DNA from: Octopus sinensis | Taxonomy: Eukaryota | DNA length: 64,000 nt | NCBI RefSeq assembly: GCF_006345805.1 | Contig: NC_042998.1 | Location: forward strand, 187,798,001 to 187,862,000 | Direction of reading: 5' to 3' | Part shown: positions 36,701-50,195 of the stretch, piece by piece | How positions within the stretch are numbered: position 1 is the first letter of the stretch | Layout of the letters: each line of letters begins with the position of its first letter | Notes under the pieces: generated by a model | The model's input: the letters and a program-made list of their open reading frames with translations, nothing else | Told to the model about the DNA's origin: nothing | Database searches by the model: none | Position numbers and translations under genes: made by a program

Positions 36701-38764
36701 CCGAAGAACATGCTCATTAAACTGGTCATAGTAGTTGGTAGTATTGTAGTGGTAATAATAGCCGTTGCATTTCCACTTGATTGCTTGTCATGGCTGACAT
36801 ACATATTTCTACCTTCTCCCCTTGCAAATTCTCTCGAAATAATACTAATTTTTGCAGTCCGGCTCTTTTCCTTTCTTGTTGAGTTGTCTCTTGCTGTTTT
36901 TTTTTTTTGTCGGACACCCTTTCTCAAATTCTCCTTCCGTAACCTTTTCCTGCTTTGTTTTTGTAATGACCCTCTCATACATGCACTCACCTGTTGCTTT
37001 AAGACAATTTCCATCCCTCTTTTTTTTTTTTTTTTTCAACCCTTTTCTATTTGCTCATTTAACGTCTTTTACTTGCACCATTGGAGGTTTCTTCACATTA
37101 TTCTTGTTTACTCTACTTTTAAATCTCTTTGCCACCACCTTTCAAACCGATCAATTATCTTGACCATCTGTCTCACGCCTTAAATTTTACAATATCTTCT
37201 CTATCGAAACCACCCTTCTTACTTTCGCCTTGTCTTTTACCATCTCTCTTTCTCCCTCCCCCAAACCATCTTATGATCCCTTCCTTTTGACCAATCTCCC
37301 ATGATTTCTTTCTCTACCGACTCGTCTCTCACGATATTCCCTTCTCTCTCAACCCGTTTCTCACAATATTTCTCCTTCCCTCTCTTGTCATGTCACCGTT
37401 TCGTCTCTTTATAATTTCCCACACTATTCCGCCGCTCTCTCGGCTCACGTTATTTTTCCTCTTCTTCTCTCGAGCTCACTCTCTTTCTCTTTTTGAAATT
37501 CAATTTTTATTTTATGTTTAAACATTTGCTCTTTTCTTTTTCTTTTCATTCAACCATTTTTTTTTTTGCATTCTTATTCACTATCCAAATCTTGTGTTTT
37601 TTGTGTCCCATTATTGAATTGTGAAAATTAGCTGTTCACATATATTTATATCTATTGTCACTCAACTTCATTTAGTTGCTTATCCTTTGAAACAAACACT
37701 ACATGATCGTTTGATACGAAGGAAAGTCTTGATTATTGTGCTTTTTACATGTTCACACGTTTACGCAGACACACACACACACTCTCTCTCTCTTGCCGGA
37801 CTAATTTTTCTGCTATCTGAAACATGCAATTTCTGGATTTTGAAAGGAAGCAAGCAAAGAAAGAAAGAAAGAAAACTAGCATTGTCTTTTCTGATGTTTT
37901 GCCTTTTGTTAATTATAGGTGTACTGTTCTTTATTTTCCTCTAGCCGACAGAGAAGAATTGGTGGGATTATTTGTTTTGGGCCAAACATAACATTAAAAC
38001 ACTCTCCGTAATACACGGAAACAAGTTATGTTGACAATAGCAGCCGGCTACTGTTATTTGAAATGTTAATTACTGACCTGTCTAGTTAGCTTTGTCGGTG
38101 TTTTCTTCATTAAGGAAATGTGAAAGTATTGTATTTTCTAAGTTTGTTATTGTTTTGTCCTACGTCAACCTGAATGGAGAAACTCCGTAATCAAAAGTAC
38201 TGACCCTATCTTTTAGTGTAATTTGACTGTTATTTCCAGCAGGACAAGCGATTTGGTCTGTCAGGTTGTTATTGTTTAGTCTTAGGTCAACCTTGATCAA
38301 CCAGACCTATGATAGGAAACATTTCAGCTGTGCTATTTCTAACCGGTGGAATAACCTCGTTTACTAAAGGTTGTGTTTCACAATTTGAAAAGTTACCCAG
38401 TGAAATATATATTTATAATACTCTTTCTAGCACCTTTTAGTTGTTTCTTAGATTGTTCATCACCGCAAAGTTCCCAGACTTACACAGACAAACTGTCTGT
38501 CTGTCTGTGCCTGCCTGTTTGTCTAGGTCTGTCTGTTTGTCTTTCTCTGTCTGACTCTAACACAGCTTTGAAAGTAAGTTGAATGAACGTAAATGAAATC
38601 AATTGCTTGTTCCTTTCATAGGTACCAGTGGTTCTCAAGGTAAGGTGCATTCCCCACTAGTGGGGTTTGGAAATATTTTGATGAGGCATGCTAATTTTCT
38701 TTCTTTTTTTGCTTCCTTTCAAAATCCAGAAATTGCATGCTTCAGATCGCAGAAAAATTAGTCT

Positions 38765-38813
<49 letters not shown>

Positions 38814-38894
38814 TGAATAAAAGTTGTAGTTATAGATTTTAATTACAACTTTTTTTAATCGATTAATTCGGCATATGAAACCGTTAATCCGGAC

Positions 38895-39070
38895 ACGTTT
38901 TTTCTCTCTCCATTTTCCTTCCTCTCTCCATTGTTTTTTTTCTTCTCATTCTTTTTTGTAGAAGAGCGTAGGCTCGAAATGCTAAAGGCTCTTCCATTTT
39001 TCTTGGGCGTCAAACTAATACACCTTGTTTGTTGTTCCTTCACCTATCTCTGTCTTCTGTTTTTTTTTTT
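38895..39070 (+). mobile_element. Short dispersed repeat with hammerhead-like motif, copy 3
   Basis: TTTTGTAGAAGAGCGTAGGCTCGAAATGCTAAAG at ~38953-38986. Confidence 0.7.
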
Positions 39071-40199
39071 TAAATACAATTTTAAACCACATCACACCAC
39101 ACACACACGAGAAATTATGATTAACACAATTTTTTTGTCATTTGTTCTCTACGGCCGTTTCACCATAGTGGTTACTTGGGATCTTCTGCATTGGATGTTC
39201 CACGTGCAATAACCACAAATCGTCAGTGGAACACTTTATTGCGTTATGTTAGACATATGAAATGTCTGAAGATTTTCAGCATATATATATATAAAGAAAA
39301 AACTCTGAAAATGCAAGTCTTTTAAAAATATTTATCAACTTAACCGGTTTTACTTATTTGAAAAGATTTTCAAAAGTAAATTATGAGGGTTTGTGTATCT
39401 CTTTGGTGTCAGAAATTAGTTTACATAAATGTATTCAAATCAAGTGATAGTCTTTGACAATGATACGAAAAAGTCTGAAGCTTTGTGTATCCTCTGTGAT
39501 GAGTCAAAAAATAGTTTACATAAAAACATTCAGCTCAGGTAATAAATTTTTTTACATTAAGAAGAAGATAAAAATTAGTTTACACAAATATATCCAAATC
39601 AAGTAATAGAGTCTTTGACAAGAAGATAAATCATGTCTGGTTTGTCAATCAGTGGGTGCTAAAGTTTTAGTCTCACTGTGATCAGAAACCATAATTGTTT
39701 GCAGCATCTTAAATTGAAAAAAGGTGAATAGAGAAATAACAGACTATTTATAGTTCTCGGATCTGGCTGTAGGATCTTGCATCTGGATGGAATTTGACAG
39801 TTACTACTATTTTATATAGAAATGGTGGCTCAAAATTGCTTTCTTTTTAAGAAATAATGTGGTTGGTTGATGGCAGTCACATGATCAAAAGATGGTTCTG
39901 TTTTTAAAAAAGGTGGCTTAGGGTTGCTTTCACTTTAAAAACAGTGATGGCAGTCACATGATCAAAAGATAGTTCATGATTGTTCTGATTTCAAATAGAT
40001 GTTGTGGAGCCAAGAAAGTCTTGTTTGCTGAGCCAGTAGTTTGGGTTGGCGTGTGTATTATTCTGGGAAATGTGAATAGGGGATTAATGTGTGTGTTTGC
40101 ATGTCTGTGTGTACATGCATGCATGTAAGTGTGTGTTCTATTTGTGTGTGTATACGTGTGAGTCTGTGTGTGTGTGTGTGTGTGTTGCAGTTGTCAGGG

Positions 40200-40480
40200 T
40201 GGTGTGTGTGTATGCATGTGTGTATGCCTGTGTATGTGTGTTATATTTGTCTCAGTACTGTGTCTGTGCATGTGTGTGTGTGTGTGTGTGTGTTATAATT
40301 GTTTGGGCAGTGTGTGAGTGTTGCGTTCATTAGTGTGGTGTGTGTGTGTATGCATGTGTGTATGCCTGTGTATGTGTGTTATATTGTCTCAGTACTGTGT
40401 CTGTGCATGTGTGTGTGTGTGTGTTATAATTGTTTGGGCAGTGTGTGAGTGTTGCGTTCATTAGTGTGGTGTGTGTGTGT
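40200..40480 (+). repeat. ~135-bp TG-rich tandem duplication
   Basis: GTCTCAGTACTGTGTCTGTGCATG...TTATAATTGTTTGGGCAGTGTGTGAGTGTTGCGTTCATTAG occurs twice. Confidence 0.9.
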
Positions 40481-42118
40481 ATGGGTATATATGAGTGTGT
40501 CTGTGTTTGTTGTAGACTTGGGTTCCTGGGAGATAGGGATATTGTGTTTATGTGTGAATGTGTGTAGGGGGTATGCGTGCATGTAGGAATTAAAGTATTG
40601 CCTAGTTGTTCCAACACCAGTTGACAGTCTGAGTATATTTTTTAAGATATTAAAGTATGCTTAACTGTGGTCTATTTTCGAATAAAAATGTTTTCTTTAT
40701 TTGTTTTTGGTCAGTGATGCTGTCTGGGCAAATGTACAGTGGGAAAACTTGAAATTAGGAAGATTTATTTTTTACAGAGATCTAAGTGGTCACTGAATGG
40801 TATCTGTCTTGTGGTGGGGTCCTGCAACTGTTGGCAGTGAACTGTCATCCTGTCTCTGAGGGTAAGGCTAGTTTGCCTTATGTAATCTTTGTGGCACCCT
40901 TTACACCTAATGACATACATTAAATTTTTTGAGGTGCAGGGGAAATTATTTTTTACATCAAAAGTGTGTCCTGACTGAAATTTATACATTGTACTTTCAA
41001 TGAGGTGAATATAAGTCCCACAATTAGAGTGACCACATTTATTGATGGTTGGTGTTTGGCTTGTGGTGTGTATTTTTATATTAATGAGTAATTTTTTTCA
41101 GGTTGTCTCTTGCTTTTTATTATTTTATGGGTTTTGAGTGCTTTTTTTTAATCATGTGTCTTCACTCAGTAATGGGATGTCCTTATGTATAATGGTGTAA
41201 GCTTCTGTATTTCTTGGGTTGTGTGTTGTGAGAAATGGAAGACTATTTAGTATACTATGTGTGTGTTTTGGTTTCTGTAAATCTTGGTTGTCAACTGCCT
41301 TAGCCCATTCTATTCCATTATCAATTAATGATGATAGGTATTCTCTTTTGAGTAGAATTTCCTCTAATTCTTGGAATCTTTTGTCTCATGTTTCATAATT
41401 TGAGACAGTTGTACAAATTCTTCTCACTAGATTAAAAGGAATGTTTGTCTTTGAGTGTTTTGGTTGGTTGGAGGTGATTAGAAGGTATTGTTTGGAATCA
41501 GTTGGTTTGTAGTGGACATCAGTTTCAATGTTCATATCTTTTTTTATGATTAAGATGTCTAGAAATGGCAGCTGGTATTAACTATATTCCATTGTGAATC
41601 AGATATGATTGTCGATGCTGTTAATTAGGTTTTTGAATTCATTTAGTTGGTCGAATGTGTAACAACATAGAATGAGGCAGTCATTCAAGTAGTGCTTCCA
41701 ATTCTCTTAAAGGTACTTGTAGAAATTCAGGCCATATTTTGATTTGGATTGTTCATATATTTGGACTTCCAGGTAAACCATAGCTAGATTAGTGTAAGTT
41801 GGGGCAATACTTGTCCCATCGCAGTCCCTGATATCTGTTTATAGGTGTTATCATTAAAGTTAAAAAAGTTGTTTTGCAAAATGAACTTTAGTCCCTTGAT
41901 GATAAAATCTTTTTCTATTCTTACCAGGATCTCATTAGGGTATTTTCCAGCCAGAATCTTATTACTTCCAGTCTATACTGGTGTGGAATCGTAGTGTAGA
42001 GGTTTATCACACCAAAGGAGACAATGAAAATGTCCCTGTTGGTGTGTTTGGGGAGGTTCAGGAGATCCAGGTCATCTCTTACAATACTTGGTATGTGTTT
42101 GAGAACTGGTTTTAGTAG

Positions 42119-42318
42119 TCATCATCATCATCGTTTAACATCCACTTTTCATGCTAGCATGGGTTGGACAATTTGACTGAGGACTGGAAAACCAGATGGC
42201 TGCACCAGGCTCCAATCTTGATCTGGCAGAGTTTTTACAGCTGGATGCCCTTCCTAATGCCAACCACTCTGAGAGTGTAGTGGGTGCTTTTACATGCTAC
42301 CGGCACAAGGGCCAGTCA
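42119..42318 (-). mobile_element. RTE 3' end fragment inserted into the Penelope RT
   Basis: (CAT)n-GTTTAAC...CATGCTAGCATGGGTTGGAC...CTGGATGCCCTTCCTAA; PLE coding sequence continues on both sides. Confidence 0.9.
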
Positions 42319-42811
42319 AGTGTCTATAAAATTGCTTAGTCTGTGTGTTTCACAATTTGGGCCTGCCACAATTGGTCTCAGTTTGAGATCAGTGGGGTGT
42401 GGTACATTGAAGCAGGTTGAAGTGGACTTTTTGCATGCTTCATTAATTATTTTGCTCTTGTAGATTTTTGGAAGTTTGTAGAGGTTGCTGGTTTTGTATT
42501 CAAAATGTGTTAAATAGTTGCATTCCTTTCCGTTAAGTTTTTGTGGATTTTGACAAATGAGTGTGTTTAATTTGCTCATCATTTTTGATTGTTAGTAGTT
42601 GTCTACTCTTTCATAGTAGATAGTATCTTATAAGCGGTAAGATACAGAATTTTTGTAGTACTTGGTATCCATAATTACAACAGTATTCCCCTTATCTGCT
42701 TCCTTAAATATGATGTCATTATTGTTTTTTAACATGTGGATGATCTCCCATTCCCTTCGACTGGTATTGGATATAGGTTTAGGTTGTGGTAGTTCATTGT
42801 AAGGGAAAGTT

Positions 42812-43150
42812 GATATGTATCCCAATGTCACGATCAAGATACTGGACCAGGTACTGCAACAGCTTGGGTTTGGTTTAAAGGGCCCACAGCTCTTCAGTAT
42901 CCTTCCAAAATGCCTGAGAGACCTGCATGGGGTGGATGTAGGTGTCTTCAAAACAAAACTGGATCTTCTCCTGTCAAGAGTTCCGGATGAATTTACCTCA
43001 TAGCAGAAAACATAGACGGAGGCAGCATCAGACTCCCTCATTCACCAAATGCCATATATCAGAGGAGGTTTAAAGCGGTGAAGATGTAGAAAAGCGAATG
43101 GCAGTGCTCCAGCATGGCTGCAGCTCTTTATTTGAAAGTTAGTTAAAAAG
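42812..43150 (+). mobile_element. CR1/L2-group LINE 3' end (same family as 10290-12270)
   Basis: LGFGLKGPQLFSILPKCLRDLHGVDVGVFKTKLDLLLSRVPDE, then GGCAGTGCTCCAGCATGGCTGCAGCTC tail. Confidence 0.9.
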
Positions 43151-43688
43151 TTATGTATAGTTAAAAGTTGGTTGTTTCAACTGTTGTAAATTTCTTTTTT
43201 GTTTTTAACTTTTTATTTTGATAGTTTCCTGTTTCCAAACAATTCTTTCTAGAACTGTGTGTTTTATTGGGGATTTCCTTGTGGTGATGGTGGTGGTAGT
43301 GGTTGACTGTAGAATGGTGTCATTGCTATAGCAATTAGTGTTACCTGTTGTTATCTACGTATCATTCTTTTGACTGTATTCTGATTTGGTGACAATACAA
43401 TCTCTTGAGATTGCTATTATATGCTATTTTCAAAATAAACCTTCCACCACCATCACCACCACCACAAAGAAATTCTCAATAAAACACAAAGATCTAGAAA
43501 GAATTGTTTGGAAACAGGAAACTATCAAAATAAAAAGTTAAAAATTTCCAAGAAATTTACAACAGTTGAAACAACCAACTTTTAATTATATATTACTTTT
43601 TAACTACTTTCAGATTAAGAGCTGCAGCCATGCTGGAGCACCACCATTATTAGCTTTTCTACATTTTCACCACTTTAAACCTCCTCTG
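43060..43688. repeat. Long inverted repeat (~245-bp arms, ~130-bp spacer)
   Basis: 43060-43304 is the approximate reverse complement of 43437-43688 (CAGAGGAGGTTTAAAG... / ...CTTTAAACCTCCTCTG). Confidence 0.93.
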
Positions 43689-43689
43689 T

Positions 43690-43989
43690 TTGGTTAAAAG
43701 TTTGCTTCCAACTGCATGATTTCAGGTTGACTCTCATTGCATGGTACCTGGGGCAAGTGCCTTCAACCACAGTGTCGATCTGACCAAGCCTTGTGAGTGG
43801 ATTTGATATACCGAAACTGAAAGAAGCTCGTCAGGTGCAGGAGTGGCTGTGTGGTAAGGAGCTTGCTTACTAACCACATAGTTCCGTGTTCAGTCCCACT
43901 GCATGTCACCTTGGGCAAGTGTCTTCTATAGCCTCTGGCCGACCAAAGCCTTGTGAGTGGATTTAGTAGACGGAAACTGAAAGAATCCC

Positions 43990-44027
<38 letters not shown>

Positions 44028-45055
44028 AGTAAGTTAGGAGTTATAGATGTAAACATATATATATATGTATGTATGCATATGTTTGTGTGTTTATTTTGGT
44101 TCCCCCTTCCCCATCGCTTGACATCCGATGCTGGTGTGTTTACATCCCCGTAACTTAGCGGTTCGGCAAAAGAATTCGATAGAATAAGTACTAGGCTTAC
44201 AAAGAATAACTCCTGGGGTAGATTTTCTCGACTATAAGCGGCGCTCCAGCATGGCCGCGGTCAAATGACTGAAATAAAAGAATAAAAGAACAAAAGAATA
44301 TATATGTGTGCATGTTTGCCCACCACCGCCGCTTAACCGATGTTGATGCGTAACTTAGCGATTTGGCAAAAGAGACTCGATAGAATAAGTACTAGGCTTA
44401 CAAAGAATAACTCCTGGGGTAGATTTTCTCGACTATAAGCGGCGCTCCAGCATGGCCGCGGTCAAATGACTGAAATAAAAGAATAAAAGAACAAAAGAAT
44501 ATATATGTGTGCATGTTTGCCCACCACCGCCGCTTAACCGATGTTGATGCGTAACTTAGCGATTTGGCAAAAGAGACTCGATAGAATAAGTACCAGGTTT
44601 AAAAAGAAAATAAATAGGCGCAGGAGTGGCTGTGTGGTAAGTAGCTTGCTAACCAACAACATGGTTCCGGGTTCAGTCCCACTGCGTGGCATCTGTGTCT
44701 TCTGCTATAGTCCCGGGTCGACCAATGCCTTGTGAGTGGATTTGGTAGACGGAAACTGAAAGAAGCCTGTCGTATATATGTATATATATGTGTGTGTGTC
44801 TGTGTTTGTCCCCTTTGCTGGTGTGTTTACGTCCCCGTCACTTAGCGGTTCGGCAAAAGAGACCGATAGAATAAGTACTGGGCTTACAAAGAATAAGTCC
44901 CGGGGTCGATTGCTCAACTAAAGGCGGTGCTCCAGCATGGCCGCAGTCAAATGACTGAAACAAGTAAAAGAGTAGGATCGATTAGTTCGAGTAAAACTTT
45001 TCAAGCCGGTACCCTAGCATGGCCGCAATCTAATGACTGAAATAAGATAAAGAAT
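43690..45055 (+). mobile_element. Cluster of nested/tandem SINE family A copies (43834-44290, 44617-44973, plus older fragments)
   Basis: Repeated heads GG(T/C)GCAGGAGTGGCTGTGTGGTAAG and tails GCATGGCCGC..TC.AATGACTGAAA; includes a 201-bp tandem duplication. Confidence 0.92.
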
Positions 45056-46399
45056 GTAATTATGTTCTAACAATGGGACTGGAAAACTAAGCCAGTTTTC
45101 GATCGTTTGTTCTCAATCTCTTACCCCACTGTTTCAGTTTTGCGTAACCAATTGACTTTTGATACTCAGATCTTGTTTTGACAATTATCAGCAACATATC
45201 CGGTTTCTGTAGTTTATCAAAATATTCTGTTATTTACTGAATGACTTTACGAATTAAAATCATCATCATCATCTATTATTTCTTATTAGAGATGTGATTT
45301 CTAGACACTTTGAAGCTGCGTTTTATTGGTTGTAGTAAAATTTCGTAAATTATATTCCTTTAATACACACTTGAAACTATCACGTCTGCAACATTTCAAG
45401 GATTATTATAGGCTTCCAAATAAACATTGATATTTTTCCAACAATTATTTGTAGATTTACTCAATTTACGTGACAGTGTAAAGCTGAAAGATATGAAAGA
45501 GATTTTTTTTTTTATAAAACTTTTATAAGTAAGAAAAAAAAAAAAGGAAAAGCACAGACAGAGAACAGTTAAATATTTCTATCGTTTATTCTTTTTGTAG
45601 CCCCCGTGAATTGGAAGATCTTATTTATTGTTGGTTAGTAGATCCTTGAAATTAAATTGTACCTTCAACAGTGGTAACCTTTTAAAAACTAGTTGGAAAT
45701 TTTTGCTTTAGAATTAATAATACTCTAAGATACCTGACCTGGTTTTGAAAAATACTATATGACCCGATCTTGAAAAATTATAGTTTAAAGGATAAACCAA
45801 CAACGTCTTTGTTTGATAACCTTGCTCAGTATCTGGTACATCTCATACGTTGATACATCTGGTTGATGTAATGGAGGATTAAAGTTTGAAAGTTTATCTC
45901 TTAATTCTTCCCAACATTTTTACCAGTTTATCCAGTATCTATGAGCCATTCCGCATTCCAGCTTAGATTACCTACTTAATGTTGTTTCTCCATGAAATTA
46001 TTTTTGGAAACGATACCTAATCGACAATTTCCTTCTTTCTTTTTATTTTTTTCTTGATTAACCTTTCTTTTGAGAAAAATAGTCCTTTCAAAACCAGTTT
46101 TGTATTGCATATCACCTTTTGAATAGTCTATTTACGAAAACACATTTAGGAATGTTAAGGTAATACAGGAAAACGAAAGCAAATACCTCTACGCGGTTGC
46201 TCTCAACCTTCCGCAAGTATCAACTATATTTTCCTCAGATCGTAACCCTACTCTCTTAAAGGAAAAAAAAATACATAGGATTATGTAGTGCTAGATACTT
46301 TCTGAAAATTAGGATCAGATGATCATAATAGGGATACATTTGATCAAACAGAATTAAACAGCAGATGTTTTATACAACACGAAGAATATTCCGATTCGT

Positions 46400-46930
46400 A
46401 TCAAAAATAGCTATCGACTTACTGAGCATGCTTTTCTTGATTTCTTTTACCGTTACTGTTACAGTCTCTACTTGTCTAAACTTGCTGAATGCAGATTCCT
46501 CACACACGTTTCACAGCTCTGCTGGTGTCTTCTCCAAACGCTTCCTCTCAAATGCATTCTTCTGGAGTCTCTATCTTGCAAGTATTTGACATTCACATGT
46601 TCAAACTGATCGATGACTGCATTAACTTTATCCAACTATCCATATCGCTTAGCTAGATAGACTTAACCTACTGAGCATTGACCTATTTTTGTATCATATA
46701 TGAATGGCCCCTCGCCTTTCAGAACTTCAGGAAAATCAATGTTGTATATAGCATGAACAAAACCTTCAACCATGCTTAAAGCAATTTTACATGTCAACCA
46801 ACATGTGTAATATTGCCACAGCTTTCTCTTCAAAGTCAGACAATACTTCGACCATCTGTAGTTGCTTACCTTCACAAAACTCAAGTATAAACAGGTTATA
46901 CTTGGTATGGCTCAGATACCTGGAACAATA
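46400..46930 (-). mobile_element. Decayed RTE-type LINE C-terminal fragment
   Basis: Minus-strand remnants (FVKVSN, GFVHA, QDRDSRR) follow the order of RTE post-RT motifs; heavily eroded. Confidence 0.35.
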
Positions 46931-47140
46931 CTTCTGTCTGTCTGTCTCTCTCTCACATACCTCTAAACTGCATCCTTAATTAGCCACCAGGTAAAGGTAC
47001 ACTTTAGAGCTACTTATGTTATTCGCTGTCTCTTCTCTTTTCTACATTCCTGAATTCACACACTGATGCACACACGTCAAATTCTTTCCACTATCTTGTA
47101 TCTCACCCCTAAACACTGCGCTAACCGCTTCAACTAAGTA

Positions 47141-47230
47141 TTCTTTTCTACTCTAGGCACAAGGCCCGAAATTTTTGGGGAGCGGGCCAGTCGATTAGAT
47201 CGACCCCTGATAGGATGAAAGGCAAAGTCC
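47141..47230 (-). mobile_element. SINE family B alternative-tail fragment with internal deletion
   Basis: TTTTCTACTCTAGGCACAAGGCCCGAAAT...GATCGACCCC joined directly to GGATGAAAGGCAAAGTC. Confidence 0.8.
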
Positions 47231-47668
47231 CCAATGTTTTCATAAGTTTAACCCTCTACCATTCTGTTTGCCCTCTTTTTTCTTCCCTACAAGCATTAAT
47301 TTCAGAAGTTCATGTTGAACATTAAATGCATCTCTCACTTTCTTCTCTACTTAGACACATCACACCAGGTTTGCGCTATTTCTATTATGAAATAAATTAA
47401 TAAAAAACACTGCAATGAGGAAATGGTAATTTAGTTTCATTCTGTAACATCAAAGCACAAACTCTCAGTGTAACAGACTTGGAATACTACACATCTGTTC
47501 ATGATCAATACATAAAGTCCCAAATGCTAAGATCTCTAAATCTATGACGATTCCCAAAACGTTTACAATATTAGCAAAGGTTTCTTATTTTTCCAGCCTT
47601 CAACAACTACTAATACTTCTACTGAGCCCATGCACAGTTGGTGCAGTTACTAAACATATAAACATCCT

Positions 47669-48087
47669 GGATCTTTTCGGTTTGAACGGCAGTTTTTTCT
47701 AGAGGTGTCGTATGAAATTGTCACCCATAATTATGACCCTAGTATCGATCTATTGCATTTCAATCTGTTTTACGGTTAGGGGTGGGGGGAAGGGTATCTT
47801 TTTTTCTTCAGAAATGTAAATAAACCCAATCTGTTTCTTAAACGAGAGACATATTCATACGGCACAGAATGTTTTCACCTCAATAGACGTCATTGATTGG
47901 TTGAAATTGCAGAAATTGAAAAAACAAAACAAAACAACAACAAATATCTTACAAACTATAGAATTTTCTCAATAAAGCCAAGAGAAAAAGATGTTTTATA
48001 AACACATTCTACCAGTATACGAAGTTTAAAAGTGTTTAGTTAGGTGGAAATTATTTTAAAAAACTGCCGGTCAAACCGAAAAGATCT
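47669..48087. mobile_element. MITE with ~30-bp TIRs and 8-bp TSD (Merlin/hAT-like)
   Basis: GATCTTTTCGGTTTGAACGGCAGTTTTTT / AAAAAACTGCCGGTCAAACCGAAAAGATC; flanks AACATCCT / AACATCAT. Confidence 0.88.
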
Positions 48088-48702
48088 AACATCATAAACT
48101 GCATCCATATTAAACATATCTTCAGTTTTGACTTCAATTTTTAAAAATAATCTGTAAAAGTGCGCCTTTCTTCGAAAATTCAGCCCTTTAAACATGTCGA
48201 AATATCTGAAATTGACTGTTGAATCTCTTTTGTGGAAACGTAGAAGTTTTAAAGCTTGTCTTCTTTCGGATAATAAGAAAATCAATTTTAGATGTAATTC
48301 TATTCTAAACATTAAAAACTAACATCTTACAGGGTTTCTTTTTACTCTATGGGAATCTTTAATAAAGTGTGAGTTACTGAAATTCCGCAGTAGTTATTTT
48401 TCCCTGTTTTGCGAGTTCCTTGTAGATTTGGCTCCATGGAAGACATTCTGATTGTCTCCGAGGAGTGGAAATTGGACAATAAGCAAGGCAATTGTTAACA
48501 AGTAAAAATGAGGTGTGCATCGGTGAATATTTTGTTTTGATTTCGTAATGACTACAAACGTTTTCATTACGTTTAAGATATTTGCAGGTAGTTCGGAAGT
48601 TGACAGGATCAAGGATATTGGAAGTGAAGTCGGTAGTTGATAGGATTAAAGCTGTTACCTTTTTGGATGGATGCGACACAACGCTTTTCCAAAAGAAAAA
48701 AA

Positions 48703-49115
48703 GGCAATCTTTCGTCTCTAGTAGACCTTTCCGTCGATTTCCGTAAAATTTTTTTTTTTTACATATGGGCTTGCGGGAACTTTTGAAGTAATGAGAGCGA
48801 AAGAGACTAAGAGAAAGCGATTGTATGACGAGGGAAGTTCTTTTGAAGTTACCGTGCATGTGAAGCATTGATGTACATGTGTGTGTGTGTGTGTGTGCGT
48901 GTTTGATGGGGTGTGGGAGACAGACAAGTATGTTGTGTAAGTGAAGTGCTTCTGTTAGTGTGTGTGAAAGAAAGAGATAACTGAAATGTTTTACTCGGTG
49001 TATGTGTATATGTATGTATATTACTTCAAAAGTTCCCGCAAGCCCATATGTAAAAAAAAAAAAAATTTTTTTTACGGAAATCGACGGAAAGGTCTACTAG
49101 AGACGAAAAATCGCC
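48703..49115. mobile_element. MITE with ~90-bp near-perfect TIRs
   Basis: TTCGTCTCTAGTAGACCTTTCCGTCGATTTCCGTAAAA...CATATGGGCTTGCGGGAACTTTTGAAGTAAT and its reverse complement at 49020-49107. Confidence 0.9.
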
Positions 49116-49829
49116 TTTCAAAAAAAAAGTTAGAAATTGATTTCATTGAAATTCTTATCATTTCAAAAATACTCACCTACGAAAGCATTTAAGTCACCCC
49201 TCACCCAAGAGTAGTTAATAAACCAGGACCGTTGTAATCTCTCTGTGCCTTATATATTCCGCATGCATTTTCAGTAATTAACCTGGTGCTACGGGACGAA
49301 CTGAACATATTGTTCTAACTTTTGTACTTATACAAGTCACAACATGGATTGTGAAGAAGTGAAAGTATTGAATTACTTTATTTTTGTTCGTCATTCAGGA
49401 ATGTTCATTATTACGAACTGAAGCGGAGGTTATTTGGGCTGCTAATCTTTCCCCAAGTTGCACATGTGAGAGGCTAGGAAAAAAAAGTGGTATTTATCTG
49501 TCTTTTAGCTTTTTCCATTTAACATCCGACTCGAATTTTTGAGAATACTATCCAGTCCTTGTATAGAAAAAGGAATAAAGGTATGCATGCACACATGCAT
49601 TTCACAAGCTCTTACCTTCTCTCGGTAAACACTTTCTTTTTAATTTACGAAATGAACTGAAGTGTGTCTGTCGCAGTCACGTCTGCCGATTATTAATAAA
49701 AAAAAGACATTTATAAATACATATGCATTGTGATTCAAAGGCACCCCACTCATTTTCGGTTTTTGAGTAACACCCGCACGATTTTCACTAAGAAAAAAAA
49801 AAACGGATTTTTTGCATGGAATCAAGTAT

Positions 49830-50195
49830 CTTCACCTCCTAATATGTTGCAAAACAGATTTTTTGGGTCCGAAAAACGGGGTGGGATGAGGTGGAAGCCT
49901 TGGAACCCCTCCCCCCCTGATCTTTTCACCAAGGAAAAAAGAAAACTCGTTTTTCTGCGTGTTATCAAGTACCCTGACCTAATATGCTGCAAATCCCTTA
50001 TTTTGGTTCGGAAAAAGGGGGAAACCCCCCCCCCCACCAACGTCCCGGGATCATTGTAATTTTTTTTTTGTTGAATGAATTCCTGTGACCTCCTAATATG
50101 CTGCAAAACAGTTTTTTGGGGGATCCGAAAAACGGGGTGGGGTGAGGTGGAAGCCCTGGAAATGTCATCCCCACCCCATTGATCTTTTCACCAGC
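49830..50195 (+). repeat. Degenerate tandem units (~255-bp spacing)
   Basis: CCTCCTAATATG.TGCAAAACAG...TCCGAAAAACGGGGTGGG.TGAGGTGGAAGCC..GGAA...GATCTTTTCACCA occurs twice, with a partial unit between. Confidence 0.8.

Larger units (their letters stand above)
39290..42810 (-). mobile_element. Penelope-like retroelement, largely complete RT plus GIY-YIG but decayed
   Basis: Minus strand in order: IIFKEADKGNTVVIMD, YKLPKIYK...LRPIVAGPNCETHRLS, LYTTIPH, GTAM.../IAPTYTNL, WKHYLND (decayed YxDD), FLDI, YKPTDSKQYL, then CTSKNLMYVIRCKGCHKDYIRQT. The 3' region has (TG)n, degenerate tandem units and a decayed HHR. Confidence 0.92.
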
